From positions 1 to 63,639 of the forward strand of contig JAUCBJ010003479.1 of NCBI GenBank assembly GCA_032718475.1: DNA of 63,639 nt, written 5' to 3'. Both the position numbers and the translations under genes were made by a program. This document shows positions 11,082 through 23,057 of the stretch, piece after piece. Below the pieces are notes generated by a model. The model did no database searches. It was not told the origin of the DNA and worked only from the letters and a program-made list of their open reading frames with translations. Each line of letters starts with the position of its first letter. Within the stretch, counting starts at the first letter, position 1. Origin of the DNA: Nemertoderma westbladi. Taxonomy: Eukaryota > Animalia > Xenacoelomorpha.

Positions 11082-11910
11082 AACCGGTACTTCTGTAGGT
11101 CCGTAGGCCCAACTGCCAGAACCGGTACTGCTGTAGGTCCGTAGGTCCAACTGTCAGAACCGGTACTTCTGTAGGCCTGTAGGCCCAACTGTCCTAACCG
11201 GTACTTCCAGTATAAGTACATTAGTATTATTCGATTTTGATTATTGTATACTGGTAGGTCTTAGTATTTAATCAGGGACTGCAGCCCTGGTTTTTTATTG
11301 AGATTTTACTCATTTCTGTCGGTTTTATTTACATGTAAGTTAATATTGAGCTGAAGACGTGTAAGTCTGCTCAGATTGTTCAGATAATTGTAGGCCGGAC
11401 CGTTGTTAGATTGTTGTTGAGTTTGGAGAGATTACGGCGTGTGTAGAGTTTGTCCGATAGAGTGCCAGTTAGTAAGTTAGGGCAGCCATAGCTGTAAGGT
11501 AAATCCCCTCTTAAAGAATAAGTCGTACTACCGTGTTAGAACGCATACTAACTAACAATTTTGGAATCTGCACATACTGTAGTTTATTTAGGCTTGACAG
11601 TATTCTGCCAGCGCTTTGGCCTGTGTTTGTTTGTGTGGTCTGTTCAGGTACCGTAATAGTTATTACTCAGATATTTTGTAGGCTGGATTGTTGTCTAGCT
11701 ATTATTAGGTCTGAAGAGATTGCTGCGTGTGTAGAGTTTGTCCGATAGAGTGCCAGTTAGTAAGTTGGGGCAGCCATAGCTGTAAGGTCAATCCCCTCTT
11801 AAAGAATAAGTCGTACTACCGTGTTAGAACGCATACTAACTAACCGTTTTGGAATCTGCACATACAGTAGTTTATTTAGGCTTGGTGGTAGTCTGCCAGC
11901 GTTTGGTTTG
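11082..11910 (+). repeat. Leader repeats: ~39-bp ACCGGTAC repeats (11082-11207) and a duplication with ~288-bp period (~11426 and ~11714)
   Basis: ACCGGTACTTCTGTAGGTCCGTAGGCCCAACTG... occurs 3-4 times. GTGTGTAGAGTTTGTCCGATAGAGTGCCAGTTAGTAAG... occurs twice. Both recur in the second unit (~28720-29545). Confidence 0.9.
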
Positions 11911-13248
11911 TATTTTGTTTGAGTATTCTGTACGGGTAGCGTAATATTTATTATTCAGAGTTTATGCGATTATTCGCAACATTCATGTCCCCAAGTTTAT
12001 TCCTACAGTAATTGTGTTTGTTACACATACCGTTATAGTTAAATTAACCCCGGTACTACACGGGCTGCTTGGCGTAGGTAAAGACTGGTGATTTCGTGCA
12101 CTGGTCACTCCAGCAGATGCCGTGGTTCTTTTAACTGTTCAAGTATATTTAACTACTGATTATTTGTTGTACCAGTACTTGTACCTAATTTAGGGTTTAG
12201 TGTACAGTGCTTTCCGAAAGTAATTAGTGTGTAGGCAGTATATTTGTGTTGTAAAGTGGTTAATAGGCACGTTGGATCTGGTAGTCCGCGGTAATTAACT
12301 TCCAGGTAGGAACACTCCGTGATACATAACGTAGTACCTATAGCGATACGGCTATAGGTCGTCAGGCGGTGGTATTTTCCTATCTGGACAGTGCAATATA
12401 TTTACTACTACTTATTATTTTCAAATACCGTAGTACCCTGTCCGTTGTAATAACCAGAATTCTAACCCTTTGTTAGGCTGGTTTGTAGACTTCCTGTAAA
12501 ATTACCCTAAAAATTTCGTACGTAATATTTTGTTGTGTTTAATTAGAGAATTAATCTCACCCGTATCGTAAGTAATTTGTAGTATTAAGTAACTTAGGAA
12601 AATTAGAATAATCTGTTTTAGTGTCAAATAAGTAGCACTCCACTGAGAGCGCACAGCTTCTGTGTAGTGACCCCAGAAATAATAACATTTATTTCAAATA
12701 TTGACAAAATCCATTTTAAACGGGTATATAAATATTATAAATCAACTCAAACGATTTATAAATAGTAGGCCTGCCATACAACAACTAGGTCTCAATATCA
12801 GTTGGACTACTGCTTAAATAACGGTAACAAAGTAAGTTAAAGTAACCAAGTAACCCTAAAATATTCAGAAATTCAATTATTCTAAAATCATTGATATACC
12901 GGTATTTACCATAGGCTTATTATATTTATTTCTATAAATTTGAGCTAAAATCATACCGGTATTCTGTAATTAATTCTAGTTCATAATTATACTTATATAT
13001 ACTATAAGTGTAGGCTGTATACCGGTATTCACGATAGGCCTATTATATATTTATATATATTTGTGCTAAATTTATATACCGGTACTCTGTGACAAAACTA
13101 GTTTACAATACTTATATATATTATAAGTGTATACCGGTATTCTAATATACTGCAATAAATTACTGGTACTAGGCCAACGGTCATACTGAATTACTAGACT
13201 TGCTTTAACTGTAACTATAGCAGTAAGCATTCAACTGTATAGCTAAAC

Positions 13249-16200
13249 ATGTCTGACACTCAGCAAAACCTGTCAGACAGTCTAATCGATACAACCATCT
13301 GTGACACAGATAGGAGTGTGGAGCGATTAAGAAAGGAGTTCAGCTCACCTCCTACTGAAAGAAAAGTCATCCCTCCAGTAGTGGTATCGGACCCTAAGCT
13401 AATCCAACACCGTAGGTCTATCATCGGCACTCGGGCCCAAGTCAAACGGAACCAGGAAGCAGCTGTCCCACAGCAGCAACAGCCTAGTCAAGAAACTTGT
13501 TCCCAGCGATCCGATAGCTCCAGTAGTTCGGATACTGTCGAGCTGACCCCTGAACGCGGATTACGGATGGCGGCTAAAGCCTACTCGAACCCCCTTCTCA
13601 CCCTTCCTGCCGCAGTGCTAACTACTATATTGATTGCGGTGGAGGAACATCAAGCCGATTGGGCGAGAAATAAGCGAGCGACCCAAGATAATTATGCGGG
13701 ATATGCCAGGGAAGAATTGATGTCTATTGTCGAGTCACAATGGAACTTTCCCGGACCCGGACTCCCGTTAGATTTGTCCGAAGCTACTTGGGAAGACATA
13801 CACAGGATGGGAGTGACTAAAGATACAATGGATCCAGCTGTTTGGAAGAGGTCGGCAGCAGGATATGTGCAGGGATTCTTCGGCTCCTTAGAGCGATTAG
13901 AAGAACAACTGTTTCGACAACCCCAAGGACCTCAAGAGCAGGAAGAACTGCTATACCAAGTACGCGAAAGAACCCTACGCATTCGACTAATCCTATCAGC
14001 CTTTGAGGAAACTTCCAAAAGAAGACAGGACACGTCGCTGCAAGTTGCTGTCAAAACTTGGTTCCAGCGGGTAGGTCGCAAAGTACAAGAAACGGACCAG
14101 TGGAAATCCCAGCTGTCTGAGAGGCTAACCTATGAAGAACCAACCGATGCCACCCTTCCTCAAGTGGAAGGCGAAGAGACCGCAGAGAGACCACGAACGA
14201 GAGACGCCATAGATATTTATCTGTCCGACTATCAGCGATTCCTAGGAGACGAAGAGTTGAGGAGACGGCTGTCTGGACTCTCCCCTAATAGTGAAGGAAC
14301 CCAACGTGTGTTAGACTCAATCGATGCTGAAATGTTAGCTGCTAACCAAGCAGAATTTGATGAAAAACTCCGCCTCGCTAGAGTCCAAGAAGAACAAGTA
14401 AAGAAAAGACGGATAGAGGAACAAAAGGCGGCAGCTATGGCAGAAGCAGAAGCAGAAAGAAAGGCAGCGGCGGCAGAAGCAGAAGCAGAAAGAAAAGCAG
14501 CAAAGGCAGCGACGGCAGAAGCAGAAGCAGAAAGAAAGGCAGCGGCGGCAGAAGCAGAAGCAGAAAGAAAAGCAGCAAAGGCAGCGGCGGCAGAAGCAGA
14601 AGCAGAAAGAAAGGCAGCGGCGGCAGAAGCAGAAGCAGAAAGAAAAGCAGCAAAGGCAGTGGCAGAAGCAGAACGGAGAGCCTCTGAGCAGACTACCCAA
14701 CTGGAGTTGGAAAATCTGCAAGAGACGCAAGACAACATAAATAAACAGTTAACTGCTAGTCAAATGCAGATGATGAGACGATCTACTCCCAAACGCCAGG
14801 GATACACATCATCGGAGGAAAGCGAAACCACCGATCCTGAAGGCGGAGGAAATAGATCTCGTCTAAGCAGGCGTAGAAAAACATCTCGCCGTCACAAATT
14901 GCCTGATTTGCCCCCAGCTGTTAGAAGACAGCTAGCTAGCACAGACTTAGGTAGTACGGAACCCGCATACCAAACTATTCAGGTCAAAAGACTCCCTACA
15001 ATAGTTGATGAGCCTGAAATAATTAGGCCTGTCATTCCCAAAGTCACTTCTGTGTTAGAGACCCCTGTACTTCCAGAGCTCAACTCTAAATTCCCTTTAC
15101 ATAGTACTACACTGCCTGTACCCGGTAGAACAGTCCAAGAGAATATCCCTGTCCTGATAGCAGAGAGAGAAATCAAAGATTTGTCTCCCGTCGTCCCACA
15201 TCAGCCCGCTACAATGTTGGCGACTCCCGCTTCGGCGGTCGAGTGGGTAGAAGAGGGACGGCGGGGGATGAACCTCCTGCTCGGACAGATGCAGGAGACT
15301 GTCCACCAACTTAAGGGAACAGTAAGGGAAGGTAGGGCAGAATTGCAAGAAGTGCAGCAAAGTATCGCACTGGAACGCGACAAATTAGTCAATATACAAA
15401 AGGGCATACCAATACCCCCTGTAACATTGTGTCAACCTGTTAGGTCTGAAGTATTACATGCGCAAGGTGTGGAGCCTACACGCATCTATACTGCTAGTGA
15501 AGTAGAAACTCCTATAGCAAACCCTATTAAGGGTGATTATAGACCTGTTATTAATGATATTCCCTATAGACCTGATAATGATCCGAGAAATTTATATACC
15601 GATAATTCGATATTAAATAACACGATGGCCCAAGAAAGCTTTACGCGTCAGATGGCTAGAACAGAAGCCCGCCAAGCGGTCAAAGTGGGAGAGATCGTTA
15701 AATTCAATGGAGATGAGATGAAATGGTTACCTTTCAATGAATATTACAAAGATAGCATACAAAACTCTGTACTATCTCAGGAGAGAAACTTAGGTTCCTC
15801 ATCAAGTGCTTGGAAGGACCTCCCAGGTTAATGGCGTTAAAGTTTATTGGACATCCAGAAGGATTAAGACAAGTATGGGATACATTAAACATCAGGTATG
15901 GTAACAAGGATAACATAGCTAAGTATTTGTATGCAAAATTAGTAGCCCCCCGACACTTCCTTAGTAGCGGGATTATAGAGTTTTCCGATGAGATTCAAGA
16001 GATCTGTAGACAATTGGACTGGTTAGGTAAGTCTCATGAATATCAGAGTTCCATGGTTATTGGAGCAGTAGTCTCTACTTTACCAAAGGGTGGAGTATGT
16101 ACACGCTGGGACAAGAAAGTGTTGTACCTGAATGAACAACAACGACGAAGTCCTACCATGGCTGATCTCATGTCTTTCTTAGATGGTGAAGTAAAACTAC

Positions 16201-19200
16201 AGCTCATCAAGCAGTCCAGAGAGAAAACATCGGAAAATAAGGTAAGTGAGAAACCCGCTTCTAGGAGAAGAGTAACACCGGTGTGTTACACTGACGACGG
16301 CGAACGCCAAGCTTCTCAAGAAGAGGACAGCGGGAAAGACACTGAGAGATCTTACTACGTTGAAAAAACCTCAAAAGATGTAAGTAAATACAAGGCTCGA
16401 AACAACGATAGGAGAGAACAGGTTGCCAAGACCCCTCCTCAGTCTCCTAACAGAATACACCGAAGAAAACCCGAAGAAAAAACGAGAGTGCATCAAGTTA
16501 CCCAAGGTAAAGTGAGTAACATAAAACCTAACTGTGCGCTGTGCGACGGGACCCACCGTTTGAGTGCGTGTGCTGAATTTCTAAAGAAATCCCTTGTAGA
16601 CAGACGTGCAGTCGTATGGGATAAGCGGTTATGCTATAATTGCCTCAGACCAGGACACCAACGGCGAACCTGTTACTCCGACATAAAGTGTGCAAAGTGT
16701 GGCGCGAAACATCACATCTTGTTACACAGTGAGTTCGAACGAGACAAAATGAGTCAGGTAAGTGAGCCCGAACTACATGTCCAATTCAGTGATGTAAACG
16801 ACACTGATCAAGAATCTGAGATGGAAGGATTCTATACTGACGAATTCTCCGACGCCAACGAATCCTGTTATCTAATCAATACCGCAGTGTATCGAGCACT
16901 TACTTATGAAAAGGACACCAACAATGAGTTTTCCCCAACTACTTTTGCCAAACAACCATCTTGGAAAGCTCCAACTTCCAACGTAGGAATCAGAGAATTT
17001 CCTGTAGTGCAGGTAAGAGTTCACAGTCTTAACAAAAGTTACATAGTGAACGCCCTCCTTGACTCCGGCAGCACAGGAACATTCATCGATCAAGAACTAG
17101 CCGAAGATATCTTTGCTGGACAACCCAAGTTCCGGACTAAATTGAATATGTCAGGAATTATGCAGGTTTGGAAATCTACCGTAACGGCAGATTACTATGT
17201 AGGTGTGTTGTCCACCCCCCAGGATAAGTTAGGAGCACAAGGTATAAGGTCGGTAAAAATGGTGGCTATAAAGAACTTCGCTACTACTCAAGCAGACCTT
17301 TATAATTGGGACGAGGATGAGAGCATCCAACATCTTAAGATACCTCGATTCCAGACAGATTATCCTGGAGTGCAAATACTCATCGGCCAAAACGCGCATG
17401 AAGCGCTCGAAACATTGGAGAAACGGCCTGCTCAACCACAGCCACTGCAAACCTATGCGGTAAGAACTAGAGTAGGTTGGTACTTTACTGGCCCTTCCCG
17501 CAGGACTCTCGAAGAGAGAATGCCCCAAGAACAAATATACCAAGTAAACGATTGGGAAGTGGAGAGCAGTGAGGTGGACGAACTAACTGAGGGAACACCA
17601 TACTCCTCAGATAATGACGACATCTACCAACTCTTCGATGAAGAGAACACAATCGACCTACTTACAGAAAACCAAACTTGGAAAAATCAGGTGAACCTAT
17701 GTCAACTGATTCGCCCATCAGAACCCATCGCTTACAATGACGAACTCAACGATGAGATAGAGCGCTACAACGCTAGAACTCGGGACGAACTAGCCGTACG
17801 ATTCTTTACTCAGGAACTGGTAGAGCCCAATTCATATGATAAGGCTCTATCGATAGAAGAAGAAAGAGCCAAGCAAATCCAGGAAACAACTACACGTTTT
17901 TTAAAAGACCAAGGTAGATATGAAATCGGCCTACCATTTCGAAAACGAGAACCTAGATTTATAAATAACAGACCTTTGGCAGAGAAAAGAATCGCTCAAT
18001 TACATCGACGACTTACAGCTAATGCTTCAGCGAAAGAAATGTACCAAACTCAGCTGAAGAAATTTATAACAAAGGGATACGCGGAGCGAGTACCCGAAGG
18101 AACACCAGTGACTGAGAGAACGTATTACTTAACGCATCATTACGTTCCCAAACCCGGTAAACCACACGAAGTACGAGTCGTATTCTATGGCTCCGCCCTA
18201 TATATGGGCCAATCCCTCAATTCCGAGTTGTTACCAGGACCCAACTTACTCCAATCTTTGTTGGGAATACTTTTAAGATTAAGACAATATTCCATCGCGT
18301 TCGCCTCAGATATAGAAGGAATGTTCTTACAAGTCAAGGCGCTGGATAGAGATAGAGACAGCCTGAGATTTCTGTGGTGGCCTGAAGGAGACCTCAATCA
18401 GAAACCGGTAGAATACTGGATGACCATCCAGGCCTTTGGAATCATATCAAGCCCTTCCAACGCCTGCTCCGTGGTGCGAACCACTGCGAATGACAACCGA
18501 GACTCCTTCTCAAAAGAGGTGATAGACAACATCAAACGGAATATATACATGGACGACAATTTAAGGTCCCTTCCATCAGTAGAAGAAGCCATAGCTGTCG
18601 CGAAAGGAACGGTAGAGTGTTTGAAAAGAGGTGGATTTAGACTAACGAAATTCACCAGCAACTCCCGTGAGTTTCTAGAAGCGATACCGGTAGAAGACCG
18701 CGGAGCGAAAGACCTAGACTTAATAAAGGACGATCTTCCTGAAACCAAGACGCTAGGCTTGAAGTGGGACACTGAAAGAGACATCCTGTTTTTTCAGTTA
18801 AAACAGCGAGATAATCCAGTTCGGACCAAACGGATTTGTTTAAGTATTCTGAGCACTTATTTCGACCCATTGGGATTCATTAGCCCAGTTATATTGATTG
18901 CTCGCTGCTCGGAGTTTAGTACAACAAATGTGGCTTGAAAACCACTCATGGGACGATCCGCTTAAGGGAGAATTGTTAAGGAAATGGATGAAATGGGAAG
19001 ATTCTCTACCTGCCATCGAGAACTTTATAATTTCCCGTGCATATTTTGGCCATGTTCTCCCTACGTACTCTTATCAACTCCATGTGTTTGGAGACGCCAG
19101 CGACATGGGAATAGGTATAGTAGCATATCTGCGAGTCGAAACTCCGGATGGGATCAAGGTCGCCTTGGTTACCTCTAAGGCATTGATTAACAACAAGTTA

Positions 19201-21436
19201 AAGGTTCCTCGAGCGGAGTTAAAGGCAGCTTTATACGCTACAGCCATCGGCCGGAACGTAACGGAACAAATCGACTATCCACTGGAGAAAACGGTTTATT
19301 GGACCGACGCTTTACTCGTGTTGGAGTATCTAACCAATGAAGTCTGTCAGTTCAGCGTTTTTGTTACTAACTGAGTAGCTATTATTCTTAGTCGCACAAA
19401 GATAGATCAATGGAGACATTGCCCTGGTACGATTAATCCAGCCGATATCACCTCCAGGGGAGCAACTCCACAGGAACTGATAGATACTCCAGATTGGTTG
19501 GGTGGACCCGACTTCCTGAGCAAGGAAGAGGATGAATGGCCTCCTCACCTTACTACGGCAGAGATTAGACAAGCCAATGGAGCTGAGACAGTCAAACCTA
19601 AAACCCGGGCGAGTAAATCGAAGTTATTTAAACCGACTATCGATCTATCTGTATTACATACTTCCGGGAATGATGCTTCGGATCCACAATCCCTCAACAC
19701 AAATAAGTCTGTTGTGGAAATTAGAGATAAAGATTGGAAATCTGGAATACCAGACGTCTCGCAAGGAATCTCACCCATGCTGCAGAGAGCAATGCATCAT
19801 TACAGTTCCTGGAATCGGCTCTGTAAAGCCGTCACATATTTAAGACGATGTTTTCATCATCACTACTCCAGGACGAAGACCACTAGTGATACCGCTCCAT
19901 TGACATCTGCACAAGTTCATGTTATTAAAAATTTACCCAAATATAAGACATCTGACCGTTTTCTAAAGGAGAAAATTAGTCACCAGGAGCATGAAGAAAC
20001 CAATAAGCAGGTACTGAGACTCCTGCAATGCTATGAGGATCCCGAAAAGTATTTCCTGTTGTTAAGAAATCCGCAGATGCGCTTAAGGGATCGATTCTCG
20101 AGCACAATGATAGATGGGTTAATACGTGTTGGAGGAAGACTCACCAATGCGCCCTTATCCTTTGACACCAAATTCCCCATACTTATTAGAAATCTTGAAG
20201 TACAAATCAAGATGATTGTAGATGTTCACAGTAAACTTTATCATGCTGGCAGAGAACGATTCTTAGCGAAATTCGAACTCGCTATTATTTTAATAAACCC
20301 CGTAGAGCTCTGAACCAAGTTCTTAGGAACTGCATACCCTGTAGGAAAGCATTCAGTAGGCCTTTAACACAGCGAGAGGCAGAATTACCTAGGGAACGAG
20401 TAAGCTTCTATGAACCACCTTTTACTAATACTGGTGTAGATTTATTTGGCCCTATTGAAGTATATCGTGCGAGGACTATAGTCAAGAGATGGTGTGTCAT
20501 CTTCGTGTGCATGACTTGTAGAGCCATCCATCTCGATATGGTGAACGATCTATCTACCAACAGCTTCGTCTTAAGTTTACGACGACAGATCGCTCGCTTC
20601 GGGACGAGTAATACCATGAGATCGGATAAGGGAACGAACTTCATTGGTGCCAACAACGAAATACAGGCTTACGTGAAGGACTGGAACCAAAGACAGGGGA
20701 CGACCAGCTAAGGATAACAGCATCTAGCTGGACCTTCAACGCCGCCGACGCCCCTTGGTGGGGAGGAAGTTGGGAGAGATTAATTCGAAGTGTCAAAACC
20801 GCATTTCACTTTATAGTGCCATGCCGCGCGTATCTCACCGACGAACTTTTGCGGACGTTAATGGAGGAAATCGCTGCCTATCTCAACGAGAGACCGCTTA
20901 TGCCAGTCTCATCGAGTCCCGATTCCCTGGAAGCGCTAACACCCGCGCACTTCCTACTGAAGAAACCTGTAGCCATGCTCCCACGATCGGAGATTGCCGA
21001 CGGAGACGAATACTGCCGTCGAACTTGGCAGCTTATGCAGTTGCTATCCCGTCGTTTCGCTGACCATTTCGAGAAACATTATCTGCCCACGCTACAACTT
21101 CGAACTAAGTGGTTTGCGCAGCAAGAAAACGTCAGCGCCGGAGATATGGTGCTTATTGTAGATCCAGACCTCCCACGTAAACGGTGGCAGACAGGTCGTA
21201 TCATCGAGACCCACATCTCGGAGGATGGTTTAGTGCGCTCAGTAGAACTTGTCGTCATGCGGCGTAATTTCAAGAAGCCAGGCATAATCTTTGAGACGCA
21301 ACAACTCAATTGCCCAGTTGGTCGTTTATGTTTACTGGAAAGAGACAGAGAACTCTTTGGAAACTATGGAAGGCAAGACACTCTTCCCACGACCACCTCC
21401 CTAATTCCTCAAACATCTAGGGACTCCCTAACGTGA
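13249..21436 (+). pseudogene. gag-pol: BEL/Pao gag-pol polyprotein, disrupted by ~4 frameshifts and 1 stop
   Basis: Gag core KFNGDEMKWLPF; three knuckles CALCDGTHRLSAC, CYNCLRPGHQRRTC and CAKCGAKHH. Protease ALLDSGS (17061); RT SDIEGMFLQV and YMDD (18546); RNase H HVFGDAS, RAELKAA, WTDA and NPAD. Integrase HHCC plus GVDLFGP, SDKGTNF and GGSWERL. Breaks at ~15783, ~18900, TGA 19372-19374, ~20270 and ~20695. Confidence 0.96.
14437..14675 (+). repeat. Coding minisatellite in gag (AEAEAERKAAA / AEAEAERKAAKAAA), predicted long helix or coiled coil
   Basis: Repeated GCAGAAGCAGAAGCAGAAAGAAAGGCAGCGGCG units in frame. Confidence 0.93.
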
Positions 21437-22864
21437 TACGTCTGGAGTGGGTGTATGACTATATTGTTTTATCTAATTTATTATATTTTTATATGCGAAC
21501 TTTATTATGTACTTTATTATAATCGTTTTTATTCAATTTTATTTAGTAAAATGTTATTTAGTGATTATTTAGTAGATTAGTGCAATATATTAGTGTTTAT
21601 TACGTACGTAATTACTTAATATATATTTAGTGCGACGGCGAGAAAATAATTATTTTTCTCTTTCCTTACTGTCCGTATCATATTATAAATACGTGACTAC
21701 AGTAAGATGAAATGTCCGTACTTCTTAAAGTACAATAAAGCCACTACTATATTCAAGTATTATTGGTAGGCAGAGTATTAGGAATGCAAAGTTCAGATCC
21801 TCGTGTCTCGGCTAAACCAAGCTCTGGGTAGACCTTGGAAACGACTTGCCTCTTCACACTGACATTGCTTCGTGCGATATTGCTCTTCTACCTTATATTA
21901 AATAATACACATAGTAGCGTGATGTCCCTCTAACAGTAGCGTAAAACGCAAATAAATCTGTTAAACTTTTTGACCATCTGTAATTCTAGTCGATTAAGAT
22001 ATCGCGGCACCCACCGATATACTTGAAAGACAAATTCTAGAATCAGTGGTTAACGTCCCCAGACAAGTTCTGGAATAAATCGGTGCCCATCTTAAATATT
22101 AATTTAATATTTATTAAGATCTGTAAAATTCAGATCCGTTAACAATTCTAGTCGATTAAGATATCGTAGCACTTACCGATACTCTTAAAAGACAAATTTC
22201 ATAGAATTAAGGATCCTATGTCACCAGACCTGCTCTGGAATCAAATTGTGTCAATTTTAACATCAAATAATACAATTCACGGGAATAAATTTAAATTCAT
22301 ATTTTAAATGAATTTCATAAATTGTCATTTTGTACAATTTATAACATTCCCAAAATTCCATTAATTAATAGATCATGGGAGCGGAGATTCATCCTATTGA
22401 GTGTATTAGAGTGCGAGAATCTCCAACATATAGTCAATAGCCGATAAAATTAATAAAATCATGCATAAAGAGGATATTGACAATTAAAGAATTATTATTA
22501 AATAGCATCCCAGATCTGTATGCATGAGAATTAACCTAATTCTACCGCTAGCATTCCATAATGTCACCATAGCAACACCCACGCTAGAATTAGAAGCAAG
22601 TTAAAAGAACAATAGAAGGCTTATCCCATTGCATAGCATAGAATATAGCACACTGCTAGTATCCAAGGATACACAGTAATAACGTGACATTCTGGAAGGC
22701 ACTGACTAACGGACAAATGGCCTGTATGTGTGCAGTTGGTGACAGTTGTGTGGAATTTGTGCGTTTATAGGTGAATGTTACTGCTAAAGTATGTTTACAG
22801 TAGCTAGTCGCAATTGTAAAAGTAGCCCAACTCTCCTATAGAAAGAACCTAAGTGGATCCAAGC

Positions 22865-22986
22865 CTTTGGGACGGACAGTGGAGTAACTTGTGCCGGTTA
22901 TCGTTGTCGTGCTGTTGCTACATGTTGGCGTAAACACCGCGACGACGGTACATCGGCGCTGAGAATCCCACTGTCCGGGGGCAAAG
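22865..22986 (+). other. Long imperfect RNA hairpin upstream of the accessory ORF
   Basis: Nested pairings: CTTTG/CAAAG; CGGACAGTGG (22873-22882) with CCACTGTCCG (22968-22977); GTGCCGGT/ATCGGCGC; TATCGTTGTCGTG/CGCGACGACGGTA; TGTT/AACA; GCTA/TGGC. Several pairs are G-U. Confidence 0.8.
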
Positions 22987-23057
22987 AGAAGTAGGCAGCG
23001 ACGCCCGCTCGCCTAAATACAAACTTATTTGGATATTAATAAACTCAGATAGCAGAT

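Noticed and set aside
9998-11748. Short ORFs conserved in the LTR and leader copies
   Set aside because: Conservation only reflects recent duplication; starts are non-ATG or weak and no domains are recognisable.
14232-14738. Antisense ORFs (Ala/Ser-, Cys/Phe- and Leu/Pro-rich)
   Set aside because: Shadows of the gag coding repeat.
15775-15835. Programmed gag-pol ribosomal frameshift
   Set aside because: The break falls inside the gag core (SQE/EKLRFLIKCLEG), no slippery heptamer is visible, and BEL elements normally have one fused ORF. A 1-nt deletion is simpler.
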